40,946 nucleotides of DNA from Octopus bimaculoides (taxonomy: Eukaryota). The notes beneath the pieces were generated by a model. It was not told the origin of the DNA. It did not search any database and saw only the letters and a list, made by a program, of their open reading frames with translations. Below, piece after piece: positions 11,530 to 22,583 of the stretch (within the stretch, counting starts at the first letter, position 1; each line of letters opens with the position of its first letter). Position numbers and translations under genes: made by a program. Where the stretch lies: positions 21,923,655-21,964,600 of the forward strand of contig NC_068986.1 in the NCBI RefSeq assembly GCF_001194135.2. The letters run 5' to 3'.

Positions 11530-11680
11530 TTTTTCTCTCCTTGTTTCTTTCCGTGTTCCTTTCTGTAGAAGAGCGTAGGCTTGAAACGTTAAAGACTTTC
11601 TCAATTCCCAAGCGTTATACTAATACATCTATTTGTTTTCAACACCACCTGTCTTTGTCTGTTGTTTTTTTGTGAATTCT

Positions 11681-11684
<4 letters not shown>
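11530..11684 (+). mobile_element. Penelope-like element terminal fragment
   Basis: Pyrimidine-rich lead, minimal hammerhead-like motif ending GAAACGT, then agactttctcaattcccaagcgttatactaatacatc; this GAAACGU minimal-hammerhead architecture is characteristic of Penelope-like pLTRs. Confidence 0.55.
11559..11594 (+). ncRNA. Minimal type I hammerhead-like motif (variant core CUGUAGA)
   Basis: cttt-CTGTAGA-a-gagc[gtag]gctt-GAAA-cgt-t-aaag: stem I cttt/aaag, stem II gagc/gctt, palindromic AC/GU stem III; conserved A6 replaced by U. Confidence 0.5.

Positions 11685-11754
<70 letters not shown>
11685..11754. repeat. (TA)n microsatellite
   Basis: Direct inspection. Confidence 0.95.
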
Positions 11755-11757
<3 letters not shown>

Positions 11758-12589
11758 TATATATATGTGTGTATGTATACATACACGCACCCACACATAT
11801 ATATATATGCACTGCAGTCATATGTATACACACACACACTCATACATATACATTTGCTGACACAAGTTGCACTTTTAATATCTACATATAAAATATAAAC
11901 TGGAATAAATTAATTTATACCATGTGGTATTTAGGTCCATAAAAGGGAGATAACTGTTGGAAGGGACATAACTTTGATGAACTTAACCATTCAATAACAG
12001 ATTGTTAAACTGAATACTACAAAGTACTCAAATTGATATAATTGCTTAAAATCCTTCAAGACTGCTACCCCCAGCATGGCTACTGTCCAATGCCAGAAAC
12101 GAGTAAAACAATAAATAAGATAAATAGAGATTAGAATTATGGAAACTTTAAATGAGGTGTTTATAAACATTAAGAGATAGGGCTCTGACACTTATCAGCT
12201 AGATTGCATGCATGTACACCATCACTATAACTTCTTGTGAGCCAGACAAAACTCGGTTGGAGTATTTTGACATTTTAGTCTAGCTTTGAAGTGCCATGCC
12301 CTCTTGATTGGTTGGACTTTATGAATGGCATGCCTGTCAAAAAATTAATCTGAATTTTCTTTTAGCAGTGCGGCCTATCTGATGATAATCCATGTCTCTG
12401 GAAAACACTGCCCATGCCTGGTTGGACACAATTTCTGTTCAGTTTGAATGTCTGCAAGTTATGGCCAATAACACAAAACAGCCGGGGTTGCTATGTTGGT
12501 TACTTCTTCAGATAAACAGCAGTACTCCAACCTCTCACATGGCGCATGTCCACTTTTCTCAGCTGAGATGTTCTTGTCTTGCAAGCGAC

Positions 12590-12945
12590 TAGGCAACCCT
12601 ATAGGTGCTGGTGCCACATAAGAAGCACCTGTGATGGCATCTTATGAAAAGTAGCCATAATGGCACCACGTGAAAAGCACCCATGGTGGCACCATGTTAA
12701 TTAGTAATGGCAGTAGTATTGAACTGGTAATTAATAATTAATAACTGAACACATTACTCACATACATACATACATGTGAGAAAAGCACCCATGATGAAAA
12801 ATGCCTATGTAGACACCCATGTAAAAAGCACCCATGCTGGCACCACATCAAAAGCATCCAGTACATTCTGTAAAGTGGTTGGCATTAGAAAGGGCATCCA
12901 ACCATAAAAACAAAGCCAAAACAGATGACTGGAGCCTGGTGCAGT
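12590..12945 (+). mobile_element. RTE 3'UTR fragment with internal minisatellite, interrupted
   Basis: Repeats of ggtgccacataagaagcacc / gtgaaaagcacccat, then gtggttggcattagaaagggcatcc. Confidence 0.75.
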
Positions 12946-13649
12946 CAATTACGGATGGATGTGTGTCCTTTGTGCTAATCTATCCTGTGTGTTATGAACA
13001 CATATTCATCTGAAAAGTGTGGTTCCCCTGTGATGAAACACAACAATGATTAGCATACACATGCTCAAATCTACCAGAACATATTAAGACTGAATATGCC
13101 AGCCATTGTCTTGATTCTCACTGTTCACTGTGGACATGGTTATTCAAAGTCAATAAATTTTCTATTCTCTTAACATAGACAAACCTACTGGCCTAAATGC
13201 CATCCCAGCTGTTACCATCAAAATAATAATTAACAGTTAAATTGACTTTTCTGTTGACATGAATAACTTATGTTCCCTTCTTTATTTATTGGCAGTCAGA
13301 AAGAGGGATTTTCTAACTAGAATATAGCATTACAATAAAATAAATATGTATACGCAAATACATAATTCTAACATAAATTTTTAATATTATCTGCAATGAC
13401 AGAATGGCAGTGAAAGCTTGTTGCCATGATGGACAAATCAATTAGCAATATGATAATAACAACTGGATAACAGAGACTTTGTCTCAGGAACCATACTTAG
13501 AAAGACTAACTAATGAAAAAGTACTGCAACTAGCAAGATGTGCTAATCAGTTTTCTAACAATTCATTCATTTATCTATTTTTTCAATTGAGAGCCATGCT
13601 GTGAAATAATAAAATCCTTGGTGTGCTTAATAGAACAGTATTATTTTAA

Positions 13650-13869
13650 CCCTCTAGCATTCAGATTATTCAGCTAAACGTAATGCTTATTTATTCATGT
13701 TGTTTTAAATTAATTCGTATTATCTTGTAGCTTCAAAATTTTGATTATGTAATTTTATTATTTTTATAATGACATTGTACGATAGGTGTGAGAGGCTAGA
13801 TCAGGCCAGTTTCAAGATAAAGCAGAAAGAATATTTTGGCCACATATGACAGGTTTACATGCTAAAGGG
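13650..13869 (+). mobile_element. piggyBac-like MITE family 1, complete, TTAA TSD
   Basis: TTAA(13646-49)|ccctctagcat ... atgctaaaggg|TTAA(13870-73); non-coding interior. Confidence 0.85.
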
Positions 13870-14771
13870 TTAAGAATTAGTTAAAAATTTTATTCTGAAA
13901 AGCAATTTTAATCAAGCATACATTTTCCCTCTTTTCTACACCCTCTGAGATTTAGATACTCTAGGTTGTAAACCCTGTACTATTTTAAAAGGTGTGACAA
14001 ACACTGTACACTGTAGTCCTATATATACAAAAGAAACATGCTGATCATGGCTGTGACATGTTTTTTATCTAAATTAAACAAGTCAAATGATATTTCTAAC
14101 AATCATTATCAGCCTTGAATTTCAGCAGCTTTAAATTACCGCTGTGCGTCTAATTTTGTGCTATTTATTCAATGTAAGTATATCGTTTAAATGTATGTAT
14201 ATATGTGAGTGTATGTGTGTATACCGTGAGTAATGTGTTCAGTTACTAATTATTAATTATCAGTTGAATACTACTACCATTACTAATTAACTTTGCATTC
14301 TTAGATAATAACGGATGGAAAAGGAGATAAATAATCCTAGTTAGAACCTTTATTTTGTGTATGTTTGTATATGCTTGTTTGAAAGCAGGAAAGAAAAAAA
14401 AAAAGACACATTCACTAGACAACTTATTGATAAACACCCAAAGCTACAAATTGTAGCTTCCTTGACTCATGACTCAGCAACACAGGAGTGTTTTAGTCTA
14501 TGCACTGATGGACAGATATGGAAATTTGTCAAGTTTGATGATACATAGAAAAAGGATGCAAGTTGGTCTGCAGGCATTCACCGAAATGCAAAATCAAGGA
14601 AACTTAAAACAAAAATATGACATCCCTTATGAATCATGAGAGGCTAAAATGCAATACAAATGACTGCTTTTAAAATACCCTAATTTTATGTAGCAAGGTC
14701 CACCTTTTTCACTCTTACATTGAAAATATTGACCCCCATTTATATTACAGTCATGTAAACATGGGCATATA

Positions 14772-15624
14772 TTAGGTTGTCTCACATGAAATGTCGTATT
14801 TTAAATGGGTTTCTTAGGAGTCGTCTATAAATGGATTTTTAATGAGTTTCTATGTATACGCTTGTGTTTATCACATTTTCTTTCTTGATAATACTATTAT
14901 TCAAAGAAACAGACACCTTACAGTGTGTTCCATGTTGACTTCTCGGTTGGAAAGAGAACCATTTTTGTATTGACTCATTACATGGATACTCTTTGATAAC
15001 AGCAGGACAGTGGTTAGACACAGGAGAGTCACCAAAACACTATCCAAAACCACCATTGCACCCTAAAAAGTTGATGGTCACTGTATGGTGGTCAACAAAA
15101 GGGGGGGGGGGGGTATTCATAATTCATTTTTGCAACAAGGAAAAACTGTAACAGCAACATCCTATTGTCAGGAAATTGATTGTATGCATGAAAAATTAAA
15201 AAAGAAGCAACCCAGATTAGTGAATAGAGATGGCCTAATTTTGCTTCATGATAATGCACAGCCTCACACTTCTAAAGCTAGGGTCCACAAAGTTGCAAAA
15301 CCTGAATTATGAAATTTTGGCACATCCTCCTTGTTCTCTTGATATCTCTCCTACTGATTATCACATATTTAAACACATCAAGCTTGCTATACGCAATAAA
15401 ACATTCTTAAATAAAGAAGAGGTAATTGAAGCATTCGAACAGTTTATCAGTGTAAAAGATGACAAATTCTTTGAAGATGGAATATATGCCTTAGAGGAAT
15501 GTTGGATGAAGGTCATAAATGAACAAGGATCATATTTTGATTAAATAAATAGATATTCTAAAATTTAAAAAACAATTTCAACGTTTCCTTTTTCAAATGC
15601 AACATTTCATGTGAGACCACCTAA
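14772..15624 (+). mobile_element. mariner (D,D34D) transposon, internally deleted, both TIRs and TA TSD
   Basis: Left TA|ttaggttgtctcacatgaaatgtcgtattt; right aaatgcaacatttcatgtgagaccacctaa|TA (3 mismatches over 30 bp); 853 bp against about 1.3 kb for full-length mariners. Confidence 0.93.
14911..15544 (+). pseudogene. mariner transposase remnant (catalytic domain only)
   Basis: ...LEREPFLY*LIT--WILFDN...PKKLMVTVWW...LLHDNAQPHTSKARVHK/LQNLNYEILAHPPCSLDISPTDYHIFKH...GSYFD*; 34 residues between the second and third D after correcting a 1-nt insertion; N-terminal HTH and first D missing. Confidence 0.9.
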
Positions 15625-15934
15625 TACTTTACTCAGCAATGGTTGTTTTTAGCAAGCCTGGCTACAACTTTTTTCATAAAGACTACTTTAATTGCCAAAG
15701 GGGTGTGAGATGGTCTATGTTTGCTCAAGTTTTGCCTGGAGTTGATATAACAAAGTACCAGTCAAGTACTGGGGTGGGAGTCAACGATATCAACTAACAT
15801 TCTGCAGGTGTTTGCAGGTCAGAAAATACAGCTGGAAGAGAGTAGTTGCCCAGGTAAACCTGAATACGAAGTTCTGTCTTGAGTCCTCCAATTCATAAAA
15901 GTGATTACTTAGTTTCCATGATGTATGAGTGACC

Positions 15935-16128
15935 AAGATCACAATATTCCTCCCTGAATGGGATGCCAGTCCATTGTAAGATTGCTCATTTACAGCTGAG
16001 TGGACTGGAGCAACATGAAATAAAGTGTCTTGCTTAAGAACACAACGCACTGCCTGATCCAGGAGTCGAAATGACAATCTGGCCATCATGAGTGCAAGAC
16101 CTAAACCACTGGGCCATGCACCTTCTTA
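15935..16128 (-). mobile_element. tRNA-derived SINE family D
   Basis: cagctgagtggactggagcaacatgaaataaagtgtcttgcttaagaacacaac...ggagtcgaa...ctaaaccactgggcc. Confidence 0.75.
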
Positions 16129-16149
16129 AATGACTATAGAAGACTATGC

Positions 16150-16530
16150 TCTGACAGGAGCATTCCCTATAAGTGACAAGCCTCCTATAGGAGCATCCCC
16201 AAAAGAGAGAATCTTTTCCCATAGGAGCATCACTAATAGAAGACTGTCCTCCCATAAGAGAATCCCCTATAGAAGACTGTCCACCCATAAGAGCATCCCC
16301 TATAGAAAACTGTCCTCCCATAGGAGCATCCCCTATAGAAGACTGTCCTCCCATAGGAGCATCCCCTATGGAAGACTGTCCTCCCATAGGAGCATCCCCT
16401 ACAGAAGACTGTCCTCCCATAGGAGCATCCCCTACAGAAGACTGTCCTCTTATAGGAGTATCCCCTATAGAAGACTGTCCACCCAGAGGAGCATCCCCTA
16501 TAGAAAACTGTCCTCCCATAGAAGCATCCC
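16150..16530. repeat. 33-bp minisatellite, about 11 units
   Basis: Unit ataggagcatcccctatagaagactgtcctccc (period 33, e.g. 16321 to 16354); degenerate at both edges. Confidence 0.92.
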
Positions 16531-16691
16531 AAGTAAATCTTTTTGTATACCTGTCGTTATTATGCTTTTCTATTTTTTTTTTTGTCATTCTTATACTTGG
16601 TTCCATGTGTAACCCACACCATTATGGTAATTTATTCTTTAATCTACTCCTCATACATTGCTCTTGTGGCTAATAAGAATTATCAACATTT

Positions 16692-16915
16692 AAGGCAGTG
16701 AGCTGGCAGAATCATTAGCACACTGAGCAGAATGCTTAGCAACATTTTGTCCATCTTTATGTTTGGAGTTAAACTTCCAAAGTCGACTTTGGCTGTCATC
16801 CTTTCAGGGTTGATAAAATAAGTACCAGTTGAACACTGGGGCTGATGCAATCAACTTACCTTCTCACCCAAAATTGCTGGCCTTGTACCGAAATTTGAAA
16901 CCATTATTATTATTA
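16692..16915 (+). mobile_element. tRNA-derived SINE family C with (TTA)n tail
   Basis: aaggcagtgagctggcagaatcattagc head; core gtcatcctttcagggttgataaaataagtaccag, which resembles the Meta/MESC SINE central domain from memory; (TTA)n tail. Confidence 0.8.
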
Positions 16916-16934
16916 TTATTACTATTATTATTAT

Positions 16935-17083
16935 TGAGTGAGAGAGCAGTGCATGCCATCAAAGTGACACTGGGGTAAAATATCCGAAGCCCATTATACC
17001 CATCATGACTACCCGTCTGATAAGAGTACACCAGGCACATGCATCACAACCACATGTGCGCGACATGGTGATCTCATATCAAG
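16935..17083 (-). mobile_element. Probable non-LTR retroelement 3' end abutting an (AAT)n tail
   Basis: Sharp-edged GC-richer block between two (TTA)n tracts; family not assigned. Confidence 0.4.
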
Positions 17084-17084
<1 letters not shown>

Positions 17085-17128
<44 letters not shown>

Positions 17129-17407
17129 TAGTCTTATTTTCATCACATGCTTTCACTGCACTACCAAGCGCAGCTATGTGTGCCTTGGGTATGTGCTGTG
17201 GTTTGTTGTAATGCTCTTATTGTTACTGTATTGAAGGTGTTTTATGAAGGATGTGTGCGGTGCCTAGTAGTGCTATTTTCTATATGTTATACATACTTGT
17301 AAGTCCTGGCGTTTTTGTTATGTATCTGTCTGAATATTTTTTTTATCATACCTAATGCACCTATTATGATAGAAATTGTTTCTGTTTTTAGACTCCACAT
17401 TTGAGAT
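17085..17407 (-). mobile_element. R4/Dong-like RLE LINE 3' end
   Basis: SQMWSLKTETISIIIGALGMIKK/YSDRYITKTPGLTSMYNI*KIALLGTAHILHKTPSIQ*, the typical C-terminus of restriction-like endonuclease LINEs; (AAT)n tail at 17085-17125. Confidence 0.85.
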
Positions 17408-17434
17408 ATGATTATTATAATTAATATTATTATT

Positions 17435-17985
17435 AAGGGGGAGGCGAGCTGGCAGAATTGTAAGCACATAAGGTGAAATGCATAGCAGTATTTCATCTGT
17501 CGCTATGTTCTGAGTTCAAATTCCGCCGAGGTCGACTTTGCCTTTCATCTTTTCGGGGTTGATAAAATTATGTACCCGTTGCATACTGGGATCGATCTAA
17601 TCGACTGGACCCCTCCCCCAAAATTTTGGGCCTTGTGCCAAGAGTANNNNNNNNNNGGGGGGGGGGGGGGTCGATGTAAGCAACTAGTCCCTACCCCAAA
17701 AATTTCAGGCCTTGTGCCTTCAGTAGAAAGGATGATGATTATTATTATCATTATTATTAAGGTGGTAAACTGGCAGAATCGTTAGCATGCCAGGCAAAAT
17801 ACTTAACAGCATTTCATCCGTCTTAACATTCCGAGTTCAAATTCCACCGAGGTTAACTTTGCCTTTCATCCTTTCTGGGTCGATGAAATAAATACCAGAT
17901 ATAATCAACTAGCCTTTCCCCACCACAAATTTCAGGCATTGTGCCTTTAGTAGAAAGGATTATTATTATCATCATTATCATTAAA
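17435..17985 (+). mobile_element. Two tandem SINE family C copies
   Basis: Heads at about 17435 and 17759, each with gagttcaaattcc(g/a)ccgagg and gcctttcatc core, each ending in (ATT)n/(ATC)n. Confidence 0.8.
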
Positions 17986-18434
17986 CCTAAAACGGTGTTC
18001 TGTCTCTTTTAGTTCCAGTTTCAAACACTGACAAGGTCAAATCTGTTTCTCATCCATTATAAAGAGGAGTTCTTTCAGTCAATTTAACCCCTACACTACA
18101 AAATCCTGGCCTTGTACCTCGTGAGAAAAGGAATGAATATCATTATCAAACTATACTCAGTAGTGTATCTTCAGGTTTAATTCCATACATACGTAATTCT
18201 TATTGTGTTCGCTTTCATTGATTTCCTCTCCCCTTCCTCTTTTCATTGATCTAATATTTATTATTCAATAACACAAGTTCAGTACTCACACTGATGCAGG
18301 TTAGTCAAGCCTATCTGCCACGTTTGGCCATGTTTCAAATAGGTGAAAAAGAAAAAAGAAAAAAAAGAACTAATGCAAAGTAGAGCAAGTAGCTTTAAAT
18401 CCAAATTAGAAGATTGTAGCTTTTGATTTGACAA

Positions 18435-18468
<34 letters not shown>

Positions 18469-18631
18469 ATGCGCAGACTCACATGTGCATTATATTTTTA
18501 TGCAACAATATCAATTGCATATGGCTGGGCAAAACCTGAAACTGCTAGATAACANNNNNNNNNNAGACTTCTTTCACTAACTCAACACCTTCATTGCTGG
18601 CTTCTTTTCTTAATTTCCCCTCCTCGTCACC

Positions 18632-18678
<47 letters not shown>

Positions 18679-19252
18679 CATTCTTTCACCCACCCCTCTC
18701 CAGAATACACTAAAAATACACATAGCTGAATTACCGGTCCTATGTGCTAGCCGAGAGAAATTGTCTCCTATTGTTCCCTATAGCAATATTTGTTCATAAA
18801 TATATTTAATGTCTTTCATTGTTATTGTTGATTTAAAACAAAAACTCGACAACAGACACAAATGAGAAATAGTCGTGTCAATGTATGCCGTTCCCAAAGA
18901 CATTAGCAACGTATTTCAAGCTGTACTTATTACTCAAAACCTGAATGCAAAACACTGCAAAAATTATGATAAGTATTTCTATGAATTAAACTATGCTTGA
19001 AAATGTCTGCATAAATAATAATATTGTTTCTCTACTGGAACCATCTAATGTTATTAACATATTAAGTTTTGAATGCTGTTTATTCTAATGTCTTAACTTC
19101 TCTAGAGGAAGAGGGCATATTGACATAGTTTTATGTCTTCATAGTTGTGAAACCCAGGGTTTCTAGTTTGAGGGACAAAATTTGCAATGCTTGAATTATT
19201 CTCGAAGGTTTTAATTAATGCAAGATGATATGGCTGCAGATAAAAATTCAAC

Positions 19253-19462
19253 CAGGGCTGTGGAGTCAAAACTTCAACTTCTCTACTATTGGCACCTCCG
19301 ACTCCAACTCCTCTTTCTGTAATTAAGTGACTGCGGTCTACATATCTCATAAAGCATATGCATACGTTTGTACTGGTTTATATTAAAGATATTGTGAGTC
19401 GGTATTGTTTTACCAACTCCGACTCCAGCTACCCCTTAATTGTTTCCGACTCCATGTTCCTG
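19253..19462. mobile_element. hAT-type MITE with 8-bp TSD
   Basis: TIRs cagggctgtggagtc / gactccatgttcctg; subterminal tccgactcc repeats; flanks aattcaac / gattcaac (7 of 8 match). Confidence 0.8.
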
Positions 19463-19597
19463 GATTCAACTAATTAAATGCTCATCCTTACTATATTATA
19501 CTGCTTCTAGCAGCTCCAGTAACATATGGGAAGAATTGTACTCAGCACCACAAGCTAACAAAACGCATAGGGTGCTCTACCCACTGGCAAAATTAAC

Positions 19598-19900
19598 TGA
19601 ACCAATGGGTTAGATGGTTTGACCAAGGCGGGTAAGCTGAGGGGCTACACCAGACTCCAGTCTGATTTGGCATGGTTTCTACAGCTGGATGCCCTTCCTA
19701 ATGCCAACCACTCCAAGAGTGTAATGGGTACCAGTTGCATGACACCAGTATCTGCCACTACTACGATTCACTTGACTTGATGGCTCTTCTCAAGTACAGC
19801 ATATTGCCAAAGTTCTGTCATTTGTCATTGCCTCCATGAGATCCAGCATGGGGGCTAGCAGCACGACACTGACATCGGCCACATTACCTCTGTAACACCA
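19598..19900 (-). mobile_element. RTE ORF2 end plus 3'UTR fragment
   Basis: ccagactccagtctgatttggcatggtttctacagctggatgcccttcc...cttctcaagtacagcatattgccaaag...gtcattgcctccatgag. Confidence 0.8.
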
Positions 19901-20021
19901 GCATCAATGATTCAAATCTAATTTTATAGATACTTTTGTTTTTTCACACATTAACTTGTGTAAGGTGAAATAGTATAATGTTAGAGAAAGAAACCCGTTT
20001 CTTGCAATAAATACATGTAAA

Positions 20022-20130
20022 GTGAAATTTTTTCAGGGATCTTTAAATATACTACTGTGGGTCTCCAATTTACTATTTTGCTTGCGTGGACCCTCAAAGA
20101 TATTATATGGACCCCTGTTGAGAATCAATG
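20022..20130. mobile_element. hAT (Charlie-like) element terminus
   Basis: Ends ggacccctgttgagaatcaatg, the reverse of a cagtggttctcaac-type TIR, directly followed by TTCTAAAC. Confidence 0.5.
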
Positions 20131-20138
20131 TTCTAAAC

Positions 20139-20469
20139 CAAGCCTGGCCAACTCGAATTACATTGCTGGTCACTTTAATCACAGAAAGGTTTTTAAGGGC
20201 CGCTTGTATACTGACAGAATTGAAAGCATTTTACTCTCTCATGCTATTATTACAATAATGAATGAATGCCCATTGATTCAACATGAAATATTATTGTTGC
20301 ACAAACAGCTGTATCTTTCTTTTTTACTTTTCATTACAATCTTTAATTTTTGATAAAATTTTTAAAATGTTTGTTTAAATAAACCCATTTTAAGAAACTA
20401 TCAAGCGGGCCGCAAGATAAAAGTCTGCAGGCCGCATGCAGCCAGTGGGCCTCAGGTTGGCCAGCCCTG
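20139..20469. mobile_element. hAT (Charlie-like) MITE with perfect 8-bp TSD
   Basis: TTCTAAAC(20131-38)|caagcctggccaac ... gttggccagccctg|TTCTAAAC(20470-77); subterminal gggccgc motifs. Confidence 0.88.
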
Positions 20470-20546
20470 TTCTAAACCATATCATCAAAAAGATATGCAC
20501 AGTATTTCACTTTCATCAAATGTTTTCACAAGCAGAAACTATTTAA

Positions 20547-20771
20547 CCCTTTCAATACCAACCTAAGACTAACTCTGGCTCTATGATACAAAACAATTCA
20601 GTATTTTTTAAAAATTGTGTATCATAATTTTATCTAGGAATATTATGTAATGTTCTAAATATTATCATAACAGAAGGTTATTTTACTAAACCCCTCTGAA
20701 ATTCTTAATAGAAATTTAATTTAAAAAAAACATATACAGTATATTTCATCAGCAATGCGGTTATAAAAGGG
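20547..20771 (+). mobile_element. piggyBac-like MITE family 2, complete, TTAA TSD
   Basis: TTAA|ccctttcaatacc ... ggttataaaaggg|TTAA; homologous to 22372-22583. Confidence 0.8.
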
Positions 20772-20799
20772 TTAATAAACTTTTATTAAAATTATTATA

Positions 20800-20931
20800 A
20801 TGCTATTCTAAAAATAAACTATCATATCATAGAAATATCAAAGCTACAAGATAATGCACGATTAATTCAAAACAATGTGAATGAATACATTTTTTTACAT
20901 TTGACATAGTAATATGAGTGCTAAGGAGTTA
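20800..20931 (-). mobile_element. piggyBac-like MITE family 1, half copy
   Basis: attctaaaaataaac...aagctacaagataatg...gctaaggagttaa. Confidence 0.55.
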
Positions 20932-21049
20932 AATTATAAAGATTTATAAATCTAAGCAAATAAACTCTAAACAAAAAAACAAAAAACACATTACCAGATA
21001 CTAAAATTAGACAAAATATATCAACAATCAAAGAATGGACATTGCCATT

Positions 21050-21290
21050 ATCAACATTGGATGATCATTTTCCATGCTGGTATGGTTGGACAGGGTCAGC
21101 AGTCTTTATTTGGAGTTACAGCCCTCCCAGGTAAGTTAGAGGACAACATCCCAATCATGCATTTATGTTTGGTTTAGTTTCTACAGCTGGATGCCCTTCC
21201 TAATACTAACCACTTTACAGAGTGTACAGGGTGTGTTTTTTCATAGCACCACCACTTGAAAGGTAGCCATGTCCTCAACGGGGGCTAAAA
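21050..21290 (-). mobile_element. RTE 3'UTR fragment
   Basis: ttttccatgctggtatggttggac...cagctggatgcccttcctaatactaaccactttacagagtg. Confidence 0.75.
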
Positions 21291-21324
21291 GATCCTCTCA
21301 ATTCCACACTTTAAAAATACTGGT

Positions 21325-21640
21325 ACTCTGTCAGTTGCGATGATGAAAGTTCCAGCTGATCCAATCAATGGAACAGCCTGCTTGTGAAATTAATGTGCAA
21401 GTGGCTGAGCACTCCACAGACATGCATTCCCTTAATGTAGTTCTCAGGGAGATTCAGCTTGACACAGAGTGTGACAAGGCTGGCCCTTTGAAATACAGGT
21501 AGTACTCATTTTTGCCAGCTAAGTGAACCGGAGCAATGTGAAATAAATTGTTTTGCTCAAGACACACAACATGCCACTAGGATTTGCACTCGCAGCCTTT
21601 TGATTGTCAGCTGATTACCCTAACCAATAACTTCTGCACC
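21325..21640 (-). mobile_element. SINE family D, near full length
   Basis: cagcctgcttgtgaaattaatgtgcaagtggctgagcactccacagac...ggagcaatgtgaaataaa...ccctaacca; reverse complement of 34900-35185. Confidence 0.8.
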
Positions 21641-22371
21641 TTTGCACTCCACACTTTACAGAGTGCAGCAGATGCATTTTATCTGTACGTACTTGCGTGA
21701 GGTTGAGATGTCAATAAATAAAATTGCTTGCAAATATATATCCAAAATAGAAATTATAAAATTACCGGAATAAGTTTTTAGTCCTTTCACAAAATATATT
21801 AATCTTTCAAAATACAACAAATTTTAAAACTGGTTTCTTTTAAGATATATAAAAGATGAAAAACAAAAAGAATTTTAGACACACTACTTATACAGAATAC
21901 TGATGTATTATAGCATATTATACAAAGCCACTATTTCAAATATTTTTCAATTTCAGTTAACTTCATGGCATGCTCAGTGCTGAAAATCAAGTTAGCTGTA
22001 GCAGCATAACTAGAATTTGAGAGAGACAGATAAGGTTAGGGGACGATATATACTTCTACTGAAAACAAAAGGTTTTTCTTTTGCTGTGACTGATATACTA
22101 TTTGAGGCTTTGTAAGAAGCATAATGGTGGTGATATATGGGAAATGTACAGAATGACAGGCGAAAAGCAAGTGGAGTATGACTGCCAAACATGAAATATT
22201 AAGTATGAAGTGACTGCTGAATATTTAATTTTAATCTATGAGAAAACTAGTGTGAACGAGCTAAGAGAGTAACAAAGAAAATTGCTGTTTGTTGTTGTTC
22301 AGCTCCTCATTCAGCAATGAGTGAGCAAACCTATGATCAAATGTATTCAACCTGCGATCTTCCCTTTTTAA

Positions 22372-22583
22372 CCCTTTCATTACCAACCCGGCTGAAATCG
22401 GCTCTGGCTCCGAGTACAAATGTCTTGTTTTCATAAGTTTTGAATTAAAATCTTCCACCAAACCTAAGTCACAATTTATGTTCCTAACACTAGCTGAATG
22501 ATGACTAAATTATTTTACTAAATTTTTTGTTATATTTAAAGTAATTGAAAGAAACACAGAACATCTCAAAATAAATACAGTAA
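22372..22583 (+). mobile_element. piggyBac-like MITE family 2, right TIR interrupted by an RTE tail
   Basis: TTAA(22368-71)|ccctttcattaccaacccggctg...aaataaatacagtaa| then catcatc. Confidence 0.75.

Noticed and set aside
12378-12420. CTGATGA...GAAA possible hammerhead
   Set aside because: Stem II is not adjacent to the core and there is no convincing stem I or stem III.
18464-18475. Perfect NRF1 palindrome TGCGCATGCGCA
   Set aside because: Lies at the end of a (TG)n tract and is readily explained by microsatellite mutation.
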